64,000 nt of DNA from Patescibacteria group bacterium (lineage in GTDB: Bacteria; Patescibacteriota; Patescibacteriia; 2-02-FULL-49-11): contig JBAZQN010000006.1 of NCBI GenBank assembly GCA_041645165.1, positions 4,933 to 68,932 on the forward strand. Direction: 5' to 3'. A program made the position numbers and the translations under genes. Below, piece after piece: positions 18,732 to 28,852 of the stretch. A model generated the notes under the pieces. That model ran no database searches. It saw nothing but the letters and a program-made list of their open reading frames with translations, and was not told the origin of the DNA. Every line of letters begins with the position of its first letter. The stretch's first letter is position 1.

Positions 18732-20129
18732 CCCATCTCCCCCGACCGCCTTCCTCCCCAAAATCTTGAAGCAGAGCAATCGGTGCTGGGAAGCCTGCTT
18801 ATTGATAAAGAGGCAATTACGAAAATTGCCGATTTTTTGCATCCGGAAGATTTCTACCGCGACCTGCACGGGCTCATTTTTGAAACAATGCTTGAGCTCT
18901 ATGAGCGCAAAGAGCCCATCGACTTGCTCTCGCTTTCCGGACGGCTTGAAGAGAAAAAGAAACTGGAAATGGTGGGCGGGAGAGGATTTTTGGCAGGCCT
19001 TGCCAATGTGGTGCCCACGGCAAGCCACGTGGTGCACTACGGGCAGATCGTGCAGAAGAAGGCGATATTGAGGAGGCTTATTCATGCCGCCGCAGAAGTG
19101 GGTGAACTGGGATTCAATGAATCGGAAGACGTGGACGTGGTGCTCGATAAGGCGGAACAGCGGCTCTTCAATGTCTCGCAGCACAGCAGACGCCAAAATT
19201 TCGTCCCCGTCAAGCAGTTGCTTACCGAGGCATTTGATCGCATCGATGAGCTGCACCGCGAGTCAGGGAAACTGCGGGGCTTTAGGACAGGCTTCAAAGA
19301 ACTCGACCACAAGCTCGCGGGGCTCCAGCGCTCAAACCTCATCATTGTCGCGGCGCGGCCCAGCATGGGAAAAACGTCGCTCACCATAGACATCGCGCGC
19401 CATATCGCCACGCAGGAACATGTGCCCGTGGGTATATTTTCCCTTGAAATGTCAAAAGAGGAACTGGTGGACAGGATGCTCTGCGCAGAAGCGAACGTGG
19501 ACCTCTGGAAACTCCGCACCGGCAGGCTTTCGGACCGCGAAACGCCCCAAGGGGAAAGCGACTTTACCGCGATCGGCCGCGCCATGGGCACCCTCGCGGA
19601 GGCGCCTATTTATATTGATGATTCCGCGATACTCAACGTCATGGAAATCCGCACCAAAGCGCGGCGCTTGCATGCGGAAACCGGATTGGGATTCATCGTG
19701 GTAGATTACCTCCAGCTTATGGAAAGCGGCAGCAATCTGGAGAGCAGGGTCCAGGAAGTCGCGCAAATCACGCGGGGCTTAAAAGCGCTCGCCCGCGAAC
19801 TCAATGTTCCGGTACTCGCCGTGTCGCAGCTTTCGCGGCAGGCGGAAAACCGCCCCGGCTCCATTCCGCGCCTTGCCGACCTCCGGGAATCAGGATCCAT
19901 AGAACAGGACGCGGACGTGGTGATGATTATTTTCCGCGAAGAAATGTACAAGCCTGATACGCCGCGCAAGCACATCGCGGAAATCCATATCGCCAAACAC
20001 CGCAACGGCCCAACCGGTATTGTAGAACTCTACTTCGACGCGGAAAAAACCTCGTTTAAAAATCTGGAAAAGACAATGCCCATCACTAACATGCCACCTC
20101 CTCCTTCTGTTAGCAATCCATCATTTTAG
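18729..20129 (+). CDS. dnaB: replicative DNA helicase DnaB
   Basis: N-domain …PQNLEAEQSVLGSLLID…, Walker A ARPSMGKTSL, …LSQLSRQAENR… Annotated from the element-terminal ATG; the tracked ORF begins 27 nt earlier at a TTG inside the TIR. Confidence 0.9.
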   Translation: MPISPDRLPPQNLEAEQSVLGSLLIDKEAITKIADFLHPEDFYRDLHGLIFETMLELYERKEPIDLLSLSGRLEEKKKLEMVGGRGFLAGLANVVPTASHVVHYGQIVQKKAILRRLIHAAAEVGELGFNESEDVDVVLDKAEQRLFNVSQHSRRQNFVPVKQLLTEAFDRIDELHRESGKLRGFRTGFKELDHKLAGLQRSNLIIVAARPSMGKTSLTIDIARHIATQEHVPVGIFSLEMSKEELVDRMLCAEANVDLWKLRTGRLSDRETPQGESDFTAIGRAMGTLAEAPIYIDDSAILNVMEIRTKARRLHAETGLGFIVVDYLQLMESGSNLESRVQEVAQITRGLKALARELNVPVLAVSQLSRQAENRPGSIPRLADLRESGSIEQDADVVMIIFREEMYKPDTPRKHIAEIHIAKHRNGPTGIVELYFDAEKTSFKNLEKTMPITNMPPPPSVSNPSF

Positions 20130-20189
20130 AATTTATCTGGCTACGCCAGATCTCGCATAGCGAGAGAGTTTAGAATTTATTATAAAAAT

Positions 20190-20477
20190 ATGACTATCTT
20201 CTCCAAGATCAAAGCAGTGCGCGACCTGCGCTCGCAAGCGAAAGAAATGCAATCCGTGCTCCAGGACGTCCACGTGGAAACGGAACACAAAGGCACAAAA
20301 ATCATGCTCAACGGAAACCTCGAAGTGGAAAGCCTCACGCTCAACCGCGAACGCAGCGTATCTGATCTGCAAAACGACCTGAAAGACCTCCTCAACGACG
20401 CGCTGAAAAAAACCCAGCGCAAGATGGCGGAAACCATGCGAGCATCTGGAAAAATGAATTTACCAGGCCTCTCTTAA
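20190..20477 (+). CDS. ybaB: YbaB/EbfC nucleoid-associated protein
   Basis: 95 aa. …VLQDVHVETEHKGTKIMLNGNLEVESLTLN… Conserved position before recR. Confidence 0.75.
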   Translation: MTIFSKIKAVRDLRSQAKEMQSVLQDVHVETEHKGTKIMLNGNLEVESLTLNRERSVSDLQNDLKDLLNDALKKTQRKMAETMRASGKMNLPGLS

Positions 20478-20504
20478 GGACAAGGGAAGGTTACTTTCAA
20501 TATA

Positions 20505-20615
20505 ACAAATCCCAAACCCCAATTTCCAATGACCAAGTAAATCCCAATGCATCAATGACCAAATTTGGACATTTGGATTTTGAGCTTTATTGGGAATTGG
20601 TCATTGGGATTTCTC
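20505..20615. repeat. family E low-complexity palindromic spacer
   Basis: aaatcccaaaccccaatttccaatgaccaa...ttggtcattgggatttc. Confidence 0.55.
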
Positions 20616-20642
20616 CATATAAGTCTCTAATTTTACAGTATT

Positions 20643-21263
20643 GTGCAATACCCCTCACCTATTCAAAACCTCATCAATGCATTCAAATCCCTTCCCGGCG
20701 TCGGCCCCCGTACCGCAGAACGCTATGCTTTCGCGCTGTTCCATAAGCCTGAAGAAGAGCGGCAATCCATCGCGGCAGCCATACAAAACGCTTCCCGGGT
20801 AAAACAATGCACGCAATGCAATAATTTTAGCGAGAATACCCGCTGCCACATTTGCGCAGATATGCGCAGGAATCAACGCACTATCTGCGTCGTGGCTGAA
20901 GTACAGGATCTTGCGGCCATGGAAAGGGCAGGTGAATTCCGCGGCGTGTATCATGTGCTCGGGGGATTGCTGTCTCCTCTTGAAGGCACGTCACCTAAGG
21001 AGTTAAAAATTGAACAGTTGCTGGTAAGAATAAAGCAGCTAAATAATCCCCCCGCGCCTGACAGCGCAGCCATACTTGAAATCATCCTAGCCTTTGACCA
21101 GACGCCGGAGGGAGAATCAACCGCCATCTACCTCGCGAAAGAGCTCAAAACCACCGGCGCAAAGATCACCCGCTTGGCCCGTGGCCTTCCCACAGGATCA
21201 GACCTCTCCTACGCGGACGAAATGACGCTCACGAACGCGCTATTGGGGAGAAGAGAAATGTAA
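20643..21263 (+). CDS. recR: recombination protein RecR
   Basis: HhH motif LPGVGPRTAERYAF, C4 zinc finger CTQCNNFSENTRCHIC, Toprim domain. Confidence 0.9.
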   Translation: MQYPSPIQNLINAFKSLPGVGPRTAERYAFALFHKPEEERQSIAAAIQNASRVKQCTQCNNFSENTRCHICADMRRNQRTICVVAEVQDLAAMERAGEFRGVYHVLGGLLSPLEGTSPKELKIEQLLVRIKQLNNPPAPDSAAILEIILAFDQTPEGESTAIYLAKELKTTGAKITRLARGLPTGSDLSYADEMTLTNALLGRREM

Positions 21264-21604
21264 TAAAAAACATCTGTGGAAAACTCCTTCTTGACCAAAA
21301 AATACATATCCCCTACACTTTTACTACTTATGCCACAGCCACGCGCAATTATCCTTAACGTCGTCCTTGCAAACGGGATACTCCCGTGTGGTTTGGCGTA
21401 AGTAACGGATAGAAATAAAAATAAGGACGCCGACCCCCACGGGCCGGCGATTTTAGTTCTTTATAAAATAAATTTGGTTTTAGACGTGAGTCAATTATTC
21501 GTAATAACTGACTTTCGCTTAAAACCTGCTGGTCGAGGGAATTAAACCCCCAAATACCGGCTAGTGGCGGACGTCACAATAATCATTCGTCACGCCAAAG
21601 GTTT

Positions 21605-21640
21605 TAAAGCCCTGTGCCATAAACGCAGGGCTACTTATTT
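21605..21640. terminator. candidate bidirectional hairpin terminator between convergent recR and kbl
   Basis: gccctgtgccataaacgcagggc followed by tacttatttt on + and a ttt run on −. Confidence 0.35.
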
Positions 21641-22822
21641 TACAATCCCATACTTCTTCCCCAATTTCACAAATGCAGACACAAGGGTATCGATTTGCGT
21701 GGTGGTGTGCGCGGCTGAAATTTGCACGCGAATGCGCGCGCGCCCCATAGGCACCACCGGATAACTGAATCCAATCACATAAATCCCTTCCGAGAGCATG
21801 TCTTCTGCTACCCCTAACGCCACTTTCCCCTCGCCGACAATCACGGGCACGATGGGATGGACCGATGCGGGGAGCGTGAAACCTGCCTCAGCCATCTTCG
21901 CACGGAAATGCTTCGTATTATCCCACAAGCGTTCTCGCAACTCCGGATGACCCTTAAGGTGCTGCAATACCGCAATCGTCGTGCCTGCCACGACAGGGGG
22001 CAATGCATTGGTAAACAAACTGGTGCGCACGCGCTGTTCAAGCAGCTCAATTAATGCCGAGGGTCCTGCGATACAGCCGCCGGTTGCGCCGCCCAAAGCT
22101 TTGCCAAACGTGGTAGTGATCACGTCCACCCGATCCTCCACGCGGTGGTATTCATGCGTGCCGCGCCCCGTATCTCCCATGAAACCCGTGGCATGCGAAT
22201 CATCCACAACCACCACGGCATTATATTTCTCCGCCAAATCGCATATCTGCGGCAAGGGCGCGATCTCCCCTTCCATGCTGAATACTCCGTCCGTCACGAT
22301 ACACCGCACGCGTTTGCCTTGGGTCGCTTTCAGTTTCTCCTCAAGACCATGTAAATCCAAATGCGCGTATACGTGCCGTTCTGCTTTGCACAGCCTTAAC
22401 CCGTCAATAATGCTCGCATGATTCAGGGCATCGCTTATCACTGCGTCTTCTTCATTCAGCATCGCGGCAAAAAGGCCTTCATTGGCATCCCAGCAAGAGC
22501 CGAACGCCAATGCAGATTCTTTCTTCAAAAACGCGGCCGTCTCGCGCTCAAGGTCCTTGTGCACTGTCTGCGTGCCGCAAATGAACCGCACCGATGACAA
22601 ACCATACCCATACCGGTCAAGCGCCTTTTTTGCCTCATCAACCAAAATATCGCTGCCTGCAAGCCCTAGATAATTATTCGCGCAAAAATTAATCACCTCT
22701 TTCCCCTGCGTCCTCACCACCGCGCCTTGTCTGCTCTCAAGCACGCGCTGGGATTTATAGAGACCTGAACTCCTTATTTCTTCAAGGACTTTCGTAATAA
22801 TTGGCTGTAGCGAAGAGAACAT
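21635..22822 (-). CDS. kbl: 2-amino-3-ketobutyrate CoA ligase (glycine C-acetyltransferase)
   Basis: 395 aa alpha-oxoamine synthase family: …VINFCANNYLGLAG…, PLP Lys in …TFGKALGG…. Confidence 0.85.
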   Translation of the reverse strand: MFSSLQPIITKVLEEIRSSGLYKSQRVLESRQGAVVRTQGKEVINFCANNYLGLAGSDILVDEAKKALDRYGYGLSSVRFICGTQTVHKDLERETAAFLKKESALAFGSCWDANEGLFAAMLNEEDAVISDALNHASIIDGLRLCKAERHVYAHLDLHGLEEKLKATQGKRVRCIVTDGVFSMEGEIAPLPQICDLAEKYNAVVVVDDSHATGFMGDTGRGTHEYHRVEDRVDVITTTFGKALGGATGGCIAGPSALIELLEQRVRTSLFTNALPPVVAGTTIAVLQHLKGHPELRERLWDNTKHFRAKMAEAGFTLPASVHPIVPVIVGEGKVALGVAEDMLSEGIYVIGFSYPVVPMGRARIRVQISAAHTTTQIDTLVSAFVKLGKKYGIVK

Positions 22823-22832
22823 ATCTCATGAA

Positions 22833-22950
22833 TTAATTCCCAAATCCCAATGCCCAATTCCCAATAAAATCCCAAACCTAAAAATCCAAACATTGAAGCA
22901 TTGGGGTTTAAAGTATTGATTGGTCATTGATCATTGATCATTTATCAATG
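22833..22950. repeat. family E low-complexity palindromic spacer
   Basis: aattcccaaatcccaatgcccaattcccaataaaatcccaaacc...ttggggtttaaag...tggtcattgatcattgatcat. Confidence 0.55.
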
Positions 22951-22953
22951 CGG

Positions 22954-24135
22954 CTACTTCTGCATATCAAATATCAACTTCGGATGTTCAGCCATTTTTT
23001 GCTCTAAAAGTTCAGGGGTAAACGCGGAAAGAGGTATGACCGTGCCATTGCCGCCGCGCAATATGATATTCCAAATATCATCCTGCAGTCCGTTCGAGAC
23101 GTCGGAGAGGAGGCGGTGCATCGTATGCCATGTGTTGAATATCTGCCTGCCGATAATATTATGGATGGTGATGCCTTTCATCACCATGCGGGAAAAATTT
23201 GTGATTACGAAATCCCCGTCCTTGATGCCGAAAAATACCACATGGCCGCCCGGACGCACCGCCTCAAGGCAGTTATTGACCGAGGAATTAAAGCCTGCCA
23301 TTTCCATGGCAATATTGACCCCCTTGCCGCGTGTGATGCCCTTTATCGCCTCTACGACTTCTGTATCAGCCGCATACTCATGGGCTTTATCCTTTCTCTC
23401 AATCTTAATGGTATGGTGAGCTCCCAATGCTTTGGCCATATCCAACTGGCTGCGGTCAGTGTCAATCCCTATGATGAGCGATGCCCCGTATCGGCGAGCG
23501 AGCGCAATGGAGAAAAGCCCTATTTGCCCGCATCCAAAAATAGCGACTGTAGCGCCGCGCAGCTCCAGAGAGGTAAGCGCATGCACGGCATTGCCGATCG
23601 GATCATAGATGGCGCAAATTTCCGGCCGCACCGCGCCCGTATCAACCCTCCAGAGATTCCTTGCCGGCAGCTTCACGTATTCTGCAAAGACCCCGTCAAT
23701 GCTGATGCCGAGGATGAGCTGGTCTTGGCACACCTCTTGCATCCCCGTGCGGCACTGCAGGCATTTCCCGCACGTAACGTGCGAGTCTCCCGTAACCATG
23801 TCCCCTTCCTTAATGCCGTAGAGATGCTCCACCTGCGACCCCGCCGCAACGACTTCGCCTAAAAATTCATGCCCTAAAATGCGCATGCGCTTGCCCTCGC
23901 GCTTCAATGATGTGTGGATCATCTCCGAGAACGCCTGGCGTTTCCAAATCCCGCGGTCAGAACCGCATATCCCCGCGTAGAGAATTTTCAAAATGATAAA
24001 CGCCGCCTCCTTCGGGTCAAGGCGCTCATTAAGCTCCGGATAAAGCACCTCGCGCTTCATAAATCCGCGCGAGGTCTCCCATCCGTCTTTTTCGAGGTCG
24101 AGCGTGAGAGCTTGGATGGAGGCGGACATAGCCAA
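22954..24135 (-). CDS. tdh: L-threonine 3-dehydrogenase-like zinc alcohol dehydrogenase (N-terminally extended)
   Basis: GICGSDRGIWK, ILGHEFLGEVVAAG, Rossmann GCGQIGL. Directly upstream of kbl. Confidence 0.8.
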   Translation of the reverse strand: MAMSASIQALTLDLEKDGWETSRGFMKREVLYPELNERLDPKEAAFIILKILYAGICGSDRGIWKRQAFSEMIHTSLKREGKRMRILGHEFLGEVVAAGSQVEHLYGIKEGDMVTGDSHVTCGKCLQCRTGMQEVCQDQLILGISIDGVFAEYVKLPARNLWRVDTGAVRPEICAIYDPIGNAVHALTSLELRGATVAIFGCGQIGLFSIALARRYGASLIIGIDTDRSQLDMAKALGAHHTIKIERKDKAHEYAADTEVVEAIKGITRGKGVNIAMEMAGFNSSVNNCLEAVRPGGHVVFFGIKDGDFVITNFSRMVMKGITIHNIIGRQIFNTWHTMHRLLSDVSNGLQDDIWNIILRGGNGTVIPLSAFTPELLEQKMAEHPKLIFDMQK

Positions 24136-24196
24136 GAAGTTAGAAGCTGAAATTTGGAATTAACAATACCGTATACAATAATCCGATAGCCTCTTG

Positions 24197-24248
24197 TCAT
24201 TCCCGCCCCGTATCACGGTACGGGGTAAACTCCGGCGGGAATCCAGAA
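24197..24248. repeat. nested GC hairpin element family G copy 1
   Basis: cattcccgccCCCGTATCACGGTACGGGGtaaactccggcgggaatccagaa. Inner stem is 7 bp; outer is attcccgcc/ggcgggaat. Confidence 0.6.
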
Positions 24249-24337
24249 TGAAAAATAAATATAAAAATCCTCCAACGCTAGAGAGGATTCTTTATGGTAA
24301 TAATGGGCTCTAATCGACTTGTCCTGTAGCGGATCCC

Positions 24338-24661
24338 CTAGCCACGTATCTTAGTAATTTTAATTTCCGTGAACATCTGCCGATGGCCCTGCTTTTTGTA
24401 ATAGCGGGTCTTGGGCTTGAATTTGATAATGGTCACTTTCCTTGCGCGTCCCTGCTTTACTACGGTTGCCTCCACCGCGGCATTAGCGACATATGGCGTG
24501 CCGACCTTCACCTCGCCGCCAGTCTCCTGCGCAACCAGCAATACTTCCCCAAAGATTATTTCAGCACCCTCTTTCGCTTCGAGCTTTTCCACGCGCAAAA
24601 CTGTACCTTCTTTCACAAGGTACTGCTTCCCGCCTGTCTTAATGACCGCTATTTGAGTATC
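24338..24661 (-). CDS. rplU: 50S ribosomal protein L21
   Basis: MDTQIAVIKTGGKQYLVKEGTVL… Annotated start at the internal ATG. rpmA is not adjacent. Confidence 0.85.
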   Translation of the reverse strand, partial: DTQIAVIKTGGKQYLVKEGTVLRVEKLEAKEGAEIIFGEVLLVAQETGGEVKVGTPYVANAAVEATVVKQGRARKVTIIKFKPKTRYYKKQGHRQMFTEIKITKIRG

Positions 24662-24699
24662 CATACACATTTGCGCTTCGCACAAATCGCTGATCAACG

Positions 24700-24745
24700 C
24701 AGATCGTCACGCATGCAATGACGCAGATTTACGCAGATGATTATA
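24700..24745. promoter_or_regulatory. ACGCAGA(T) repeat array upstream of rplU
   Basis: caacgcagatcgtcacgcatgcaatgacgcagatttacgcagatg: 3–4 ACGCA(G/T) units at ~10-bp phasing. Confidence 0.4.
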
Positions 24746-24802
24746 ACTTCAATATCCTCCTCTATTCTATCCTAAAACCTTATGAATAGTCAAATAATAA
24801 TA

Positions 24803-25291
24803 CTACCTATTCCCTGATACTCCTACATCATTATTAATCTCATTTTTTTCAGCCCACCCTGCGGGTACCTCAAGGACATGGGTCACGAGGCTGGGAGGAG
24901 AGTAGGTTGGCAACGGTGAATATTCATTGACTGGCGCGGGCACGTTGGGCGTAACGCCGATGACCTTATCGTGGTAAATCCAGATGATATCAATCGAGAA
25001 CCGCATCTCCTTCATCCAGAATGAAGGCATGGAGGGAGGATCGAAGACAAAGAGCATTCCCTTCCCTTCATCCAAACCTGCCCTGCCTGAAAACCCTTTG
25101 GCTTTCTCTTCTGGCGTGCGCATTACCTCAACCTGCACGGGAATGCCGTTGAGGGTGATCGTGGTAACTCTTTGCGTTGACGCATCTTCATTTTCCGCCG
25201 GAGGCACGGCAACTTTTTGCCGGGCGGTGAGGGAGCAGCCGGATAAAGAAATACCTATTAGAATTATGATGAGAAAAAAGATACGGGACAT
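24803..25291 (-). CDS. DUF192-family lipoprotein
   Basis: Lipobox LSGC. …KGMLFVFD…FWMKEM.FSIDIIW…VLEVPAG… COG1430-like. Confidence 0.6.
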   Translation of the reverse strand: MSRIFFLIIILIGISLSGCSLTARQKVAVPPAENEDASTQRVTTITLNGIPVQVEVMRTPEEKAKGFSGRAGLDEGKGMLFVFDPPSMPSFWMKEMRFSIDIIWIYHDKVIGVTPNVPAPVNEYSPLPTYSPPSLVTHVLEVPAGWAEKNEINNDVGVSGNR

Positions 25292-25409
25292 ACCTTAGTG
25301 AAAATGACCAATTAGTACAAAAACACCTTACACGATAAAGTTCAAAATCTCACCGCTTCAGCGGGACCCGCATACCTTAGATAAATTAGTTCAATGTGCG
25401 GGACAAAGC

Positions 25410-25505
25410 TCAAATGCCAAATGAAATCCAAAATTCCAATGCCAAAACTTTAACATTGAGGTTTTGACATTCCTTTGAACTTTGAAATTTGTCATTTGAA
25501 CTTAT
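25410..25505. repeat. family E low-complexity palindromic spacer
   Basis: caaatgccaaatgaaatccaaaattccaatgccaaaac...gttttgacattcctttgaactttgaaatttg. Confidence 0.5.
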
Positions 25506-25533
25506 CAATGGCGGGGTTTGGAATTTCTTTCAA

Positions 25534-26592
25534 TCATGTTCGTTTCTTATACCTCACTACTACCACAATCGCCAGCAGCACCATAACAATCCCCAGCACA
25601 AGAAGCGCCATCACCTTTTGCTGGCTTTGTAAAAATAATGATGAAGTGCCGAAAAATGCGGTGAAACCCCAGAGCACAAACACCGCCTGCCGGTGGGTCA
25701 ATCCCGCATCCAGAAGCCTGAAATGAAGATGCTTGAGATCCGCAGATGCAAAAGAAGTCCGCTCCAAAAAAATCCTCCTCACGACCACCCACGCCACATC
25801 CAGAATGGGGATCCCCATGATAAGAAGCGCGGTGGCTATTTTCGCGCCGGAAATTATGGCAAGCACGCCTAAGAGGTATCCGATGAGCGTTGATCCGCCT
25901 TCACCTAAAAAAATAGAAGCCGGATGAATATTAAAGGCAAGGAATCCAAGGCACGCGCCTGCCACCATGAGCGCTAAATAAGAGGTGCCCGAAAGCGGCA
26001 CATCCCAATAGAGGGAAACCATAAAAAGGATAAATGCGCCGATCGCGCCAATCCCCGCCACGAGCCCATCGAGTCCGTCCAACAGCTTTGTGGTATACGT
26101 CATGCCGAGAAGCCAAATCCCTGCGATGGCAGACCCGAACCAGGGAGAAATATACAGGAGCGCGCGCCCATAAGGGCCAGTGCCTGCGACAAATGGATTA
26201 GTGACATACTGGACGCCTATCCCCGCCGCAAGGGACACTACTACTGCGGTTATGGGAAATAAAAATTGCCGCCACGGCTTTAATCCTTTCGCGTCGTCCC
26301 ACATGCCGCCGCCGACCAGCAAGAGGGACGCAAGAACAATGCCTAACAATTGCGTATTGCCAATCCTCGCATCATTGAGTAACCCCAAACGCCACGCGAT
26401 AAAACCTACCCCCACCAATGCAAGCCATAATGCTAATCCTCCCCAAAGAGGAGTAGGAGACGGATGGCGTTTACGCTCCTGGTTAGGAAGGTCTACGGCG
26501 CCTTTTGCGCGCGCAAACCTAAGCACCAGCGGCGTGCATAGTGCTGCGAGCGCCATAGAGCTGAAAAATACTAAAAACCGTTCTATGTTCAT
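25534..26592 (-). CDS. glycosyltransferase family 4 polyprenyl-phosphate sugar-1-phosphate transferase (WecA/MraY family)
   Basis: 352 aa, 10–11 TM. DGLDGLVAGI motif and …NF.GPKLVGRG… region. Confidence 0.8.
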   Translation of the reverse strand: MNIERFLVFFSSMALAALCTPLVLRFARAKGAVDLPNQERKRHPSPTPLWGGLALWLALVGVGFIAWRLGLLNDARIGNTQLLGIVLASLLLVGGGMWDDAKGLKPWRQFLFPITAVVVSLAAGIGVQYVTNPFVAGTGPYGRALLYISPWFGSAIAGIWLLGMTYTTKLLDGLDGLVAGIGAIGAFILFMVSLYWDVPLSGTSYLALMVAGACLGFLAFNIHPASIFLGEGGSTLIGYLLGVLAIISGAKIATALLIMGIPILDVAWVVVRRIFLERTSFASADLKHLHFRLLDAGLTHRQAVFVLWGFTAFFGTSSLFLQSQQKVMALLVLGIVMVLLAIVVVVRYKKRT

Positions 26593-26635
26593 TGAAGATG
26601 ATTATTAGTAGACTTTCCCAATTGCCCTCACTGTC

Positions 26636-26688
26636 ATTCACGCCCCGCATCACGGTACGGGGTAAACTCCGGCGGGAATCCAGAACAA
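26636..26688. repeat. family G nested hairpin copy 2
   Basis: cattcacgccCCCGCATCACGGTACGGGGtaaactccggcgggaatccagaa. Confidence 0.6.
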
Positions 26689-26689
26689 T

Positions 26690-27172
26690 TCAATCAATAT
26701 TATTATGCTTATTTCTGGATCCCCGACCCCGTATCTCGGTACGGGGCAGGTTCTGGTCGGGGATGACATTGAATGGTGAATGTCCAGTAGTATTATTTAA
26801 GTATGTATCAAGTAACAATTGCGCCGCGAGCGCGTGTTCGTCCGCGCTCTTACCTTGATTCTTTTTTTTGGCTTCTGCCGTGGTGAAACGCTCATCTACC
26901 GTTTCCACCGGCACATTCAGGAATTCTTCCAATTCACATACGAATTTCTGCACTTCAGAGGATGCGGCGCCTTGCGCGCCTTTAAGGGTAAGCGGTAAAC
27001 CTACCACTGATTTAAGTATGCCTTCAAATTCTACGATCTTCTCAAGGTCTTGAAAGAGCTTTTTGCGGCTCGTGACCTCCAATGTTTTATAAGGAAAAGC
27101 CATCTTCCCTTCTTCGTCAGTCACGGCAAGCCCCACATGCTTTCTGCCATAATCTATTCCGAGAATTTTCAT
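26690..27172 (-). CDS. ruvX: Holliday-junction resolvase-like RuvX/YqgF
   Basis: MKILGIDYGRKHVGLAVTDE… RNase H-like YqgF. The C-terminal ~25 aa of the ORF reads through the G hairpins and is probably not real. Confidence 0.75.
   Translation of the reverse strand: MKILGIDYGRKHVGLAVTDEEGKMAFPYKTLEVTSRKKLFQDLEKIVEFEGILKSVVGLPLTLKGAQGAASSEVQKFVCELEEFLNVPVETVDERFTTAEAKKKNQGKSADEHALAAQLLLDTYLNNTTGHSPFNVIPDQNLPRTEIRGRGSRNKHNNID
26717..26767. repeat. family G nested hairpin copy 3 (variant outer stem)
   Basis: ggatccccgaCCCCGTATCTCGGTACGGGGcaggttctggtcggggatg. Confidence 0.55.
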
Positions 27173-27212
27173 AAAAATTAATTCAACTGAATGACTAAAT
27201 GACTTAATGTCT

Positions 27213-27971
27213 TTATGGCTCAGTTAATATCTCACATCCATTTTCAGTAATAACGATGGTATGTTCGTAATGCGCGCTTAAATCTCCGTCCTGCGTGACC
27301 ACGGTCCAGCCGTCGTCCAGTGTCTTCACGCGCCAGTCGCCCGCCGTGATCATGGGTTCAATCGCGATTGTTGCACCCGCAGGCAGCACATCGCCCACAA
27401 AAGGTGATTTAAAATTTGGTACCTCGGGTGGCTCGTGCAGCGCGCGCCCCACCCCATGCCCCACAAGATCGCGCACCACGCCAAATCCCTGCGCCACCAC
27501 ATATTCCTCTATCGCCGTGCCGATTTCCCCTACCTTCACGCCTGCCCTAACCATACTCACGCCGCATTTAAACGCTTCCTGAGCCGCATTGATCAGCCTT
27601 GTGGCTATAGGGGTCACTTTCCCCACAGGAACGGTCAACGCCGCATCCACGCATAAATCCTCATACCACAGACCAAGATCAAGCCCTACAATATCCCCTT
27701 CTAGGAGCGCGCGGATGCGCCTCCCGTTTCCATGCACCACTTCCTCATTCACCGATGCGCACAATGTGGAAGGGAACCCTTTATAACCCAAAAAGGCCGG
27801 GATTGCCCCTGCCTCACGAATCATTTTTTCCGCACTCCGATCCAGTTCCTTTATTACTACTCCCGGCGCTACTTGCTTTGCCACCTCAGCTAACACCCGC
27901 GCAAGAATCTTGCCCCCTTTGCGCATTTTCTCTATCTCATCTTCTGACTTGGGAATAATCTTTACAGTCAT
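27213..27971 (-). CDS. map: methionine aminopeptidase type I
   Basis: 252 aa pita-bread fold: …CASVNEEVVHG…, D…D metal ligands, H…E…E. Confidence 0.9.
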   Translation of the reverse strand: MTVKIIPKSEDEIEKMRKGGKILARVLAEVAKQVAPGVVIKELDRSAEKMIREAGAIPAFLGYKGFPSTLCASVNEEVVHGNGRRIRALLEGDIVGLDLGLWYEDLCVDAALTVPVGKVTPIATRLINAAQEAFKCGVSMVRAGVKVGEIGTAIEEYVVAQGFGVVRDLVGHGVGRALHEPPEVPNFKSPFVGDVLPAGATIAIEPMITAGDWRVKTLDDGWTVVTQDGDLSAHYEHTIVITENGCEILTEP

Positions 27972-28153
27972 AATAACGAAAGAAATCGTCTCCTATTGGC
28001 GAGGTATTCGCATTCCAGACCATCTCGAGGCTTCGCGGGCATGGTCTCCGACTCCGCCGACTGGCGGATGTCGGAGGAGCGAAACCGAGAGCTGAGCGAC
28101 GCGAGCCACGCTGGGGCGAGCAAGAGTGTCTGGATATGCGGATACCGAGTGTC

Positions 28154-28825
28154 TTAATGTATTCCTAATTTCCTGAAAATTTCTTTTCGTACCTCCACCA
28201 CCGTCTGTTCGCCGTTCACCTCCACCACCCATCCTTTCGTGCGAAAATACTCAACGGCGGGCACCACTTCCTCCTGATAAAATTGGATGCGTTTCATTAT
28301 CGCTTGTTCATTGGTGTCGTAATCGCGCACTTCCACCGCTGCGCCATCAATCGGGCACTGCGTAAAATTACGCCCGATTAATATATGACCATTCACGCAT
28401 ACGCTGCGGTTCAACAGCCGCCGTTTCAACTCTTCTCCTTGCACTTCGATGACAAGCGCTTTTACGTTGGTACGCCCGAGGCGCCGAAGCATGTCCTCGA
28501 GCTGTCTCGCTTGCCCGACCCGCCGCGGATACCCATCTATAAGCAAACCCTTGTGCGAAGGGATGGAAATAATTTTTTCCTCCACCAGTTGCAATACTTC
28601 CTCATCAGGCAAGTACCTTCCTGATTCGTATACGTCTTTCACGTGACGCCCCCACGCCGAGTCCTCTTTTGCTTTTTCGCGTACGATCTCCCCTGCTTCC
28701 ACTTTTTCCAAATTGAGCGCTTTTAATATAAAATCCCCTTGCGTGCCCTTGCCGGAGCCAGCAGAGCCGAAGAGGATCACCGTAAGAGGTTCATTCTTTG
28801 CATGAGATTCCATACATTCATTCAA
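28154..28825 (-). CDS. adk: adenylate kinase
   Basis: P-loop FGSAGSGKGTQ, LID region with Zn-type CxxH…C, …GYPRRVGQA…. Confidence 0.9.
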   Translation of the reverse strand: MNECMESHAKNEPLTVILFGSAGSGKGTQGDFILKALNLEKVEAGEIVREKAKEDSAWGRHVKDVYESGRYLPDEEVLQLVEEKIISIPSHKGLLIDGYPRRVGQARQLEDMLRRLGRTNVKALVIEVQGEELKRRLLNRSVCVNGHILIGRNFTQCPIDGAAVEVRDYDTNEQAIMKRIQFYQEEVVPAVEYFRTKGWVVEVNGEQTVVEVRKEIFRKLGIH

Positions 28826-28852
28826 AATGTTTCTACCACCAAGTTTGACTCA

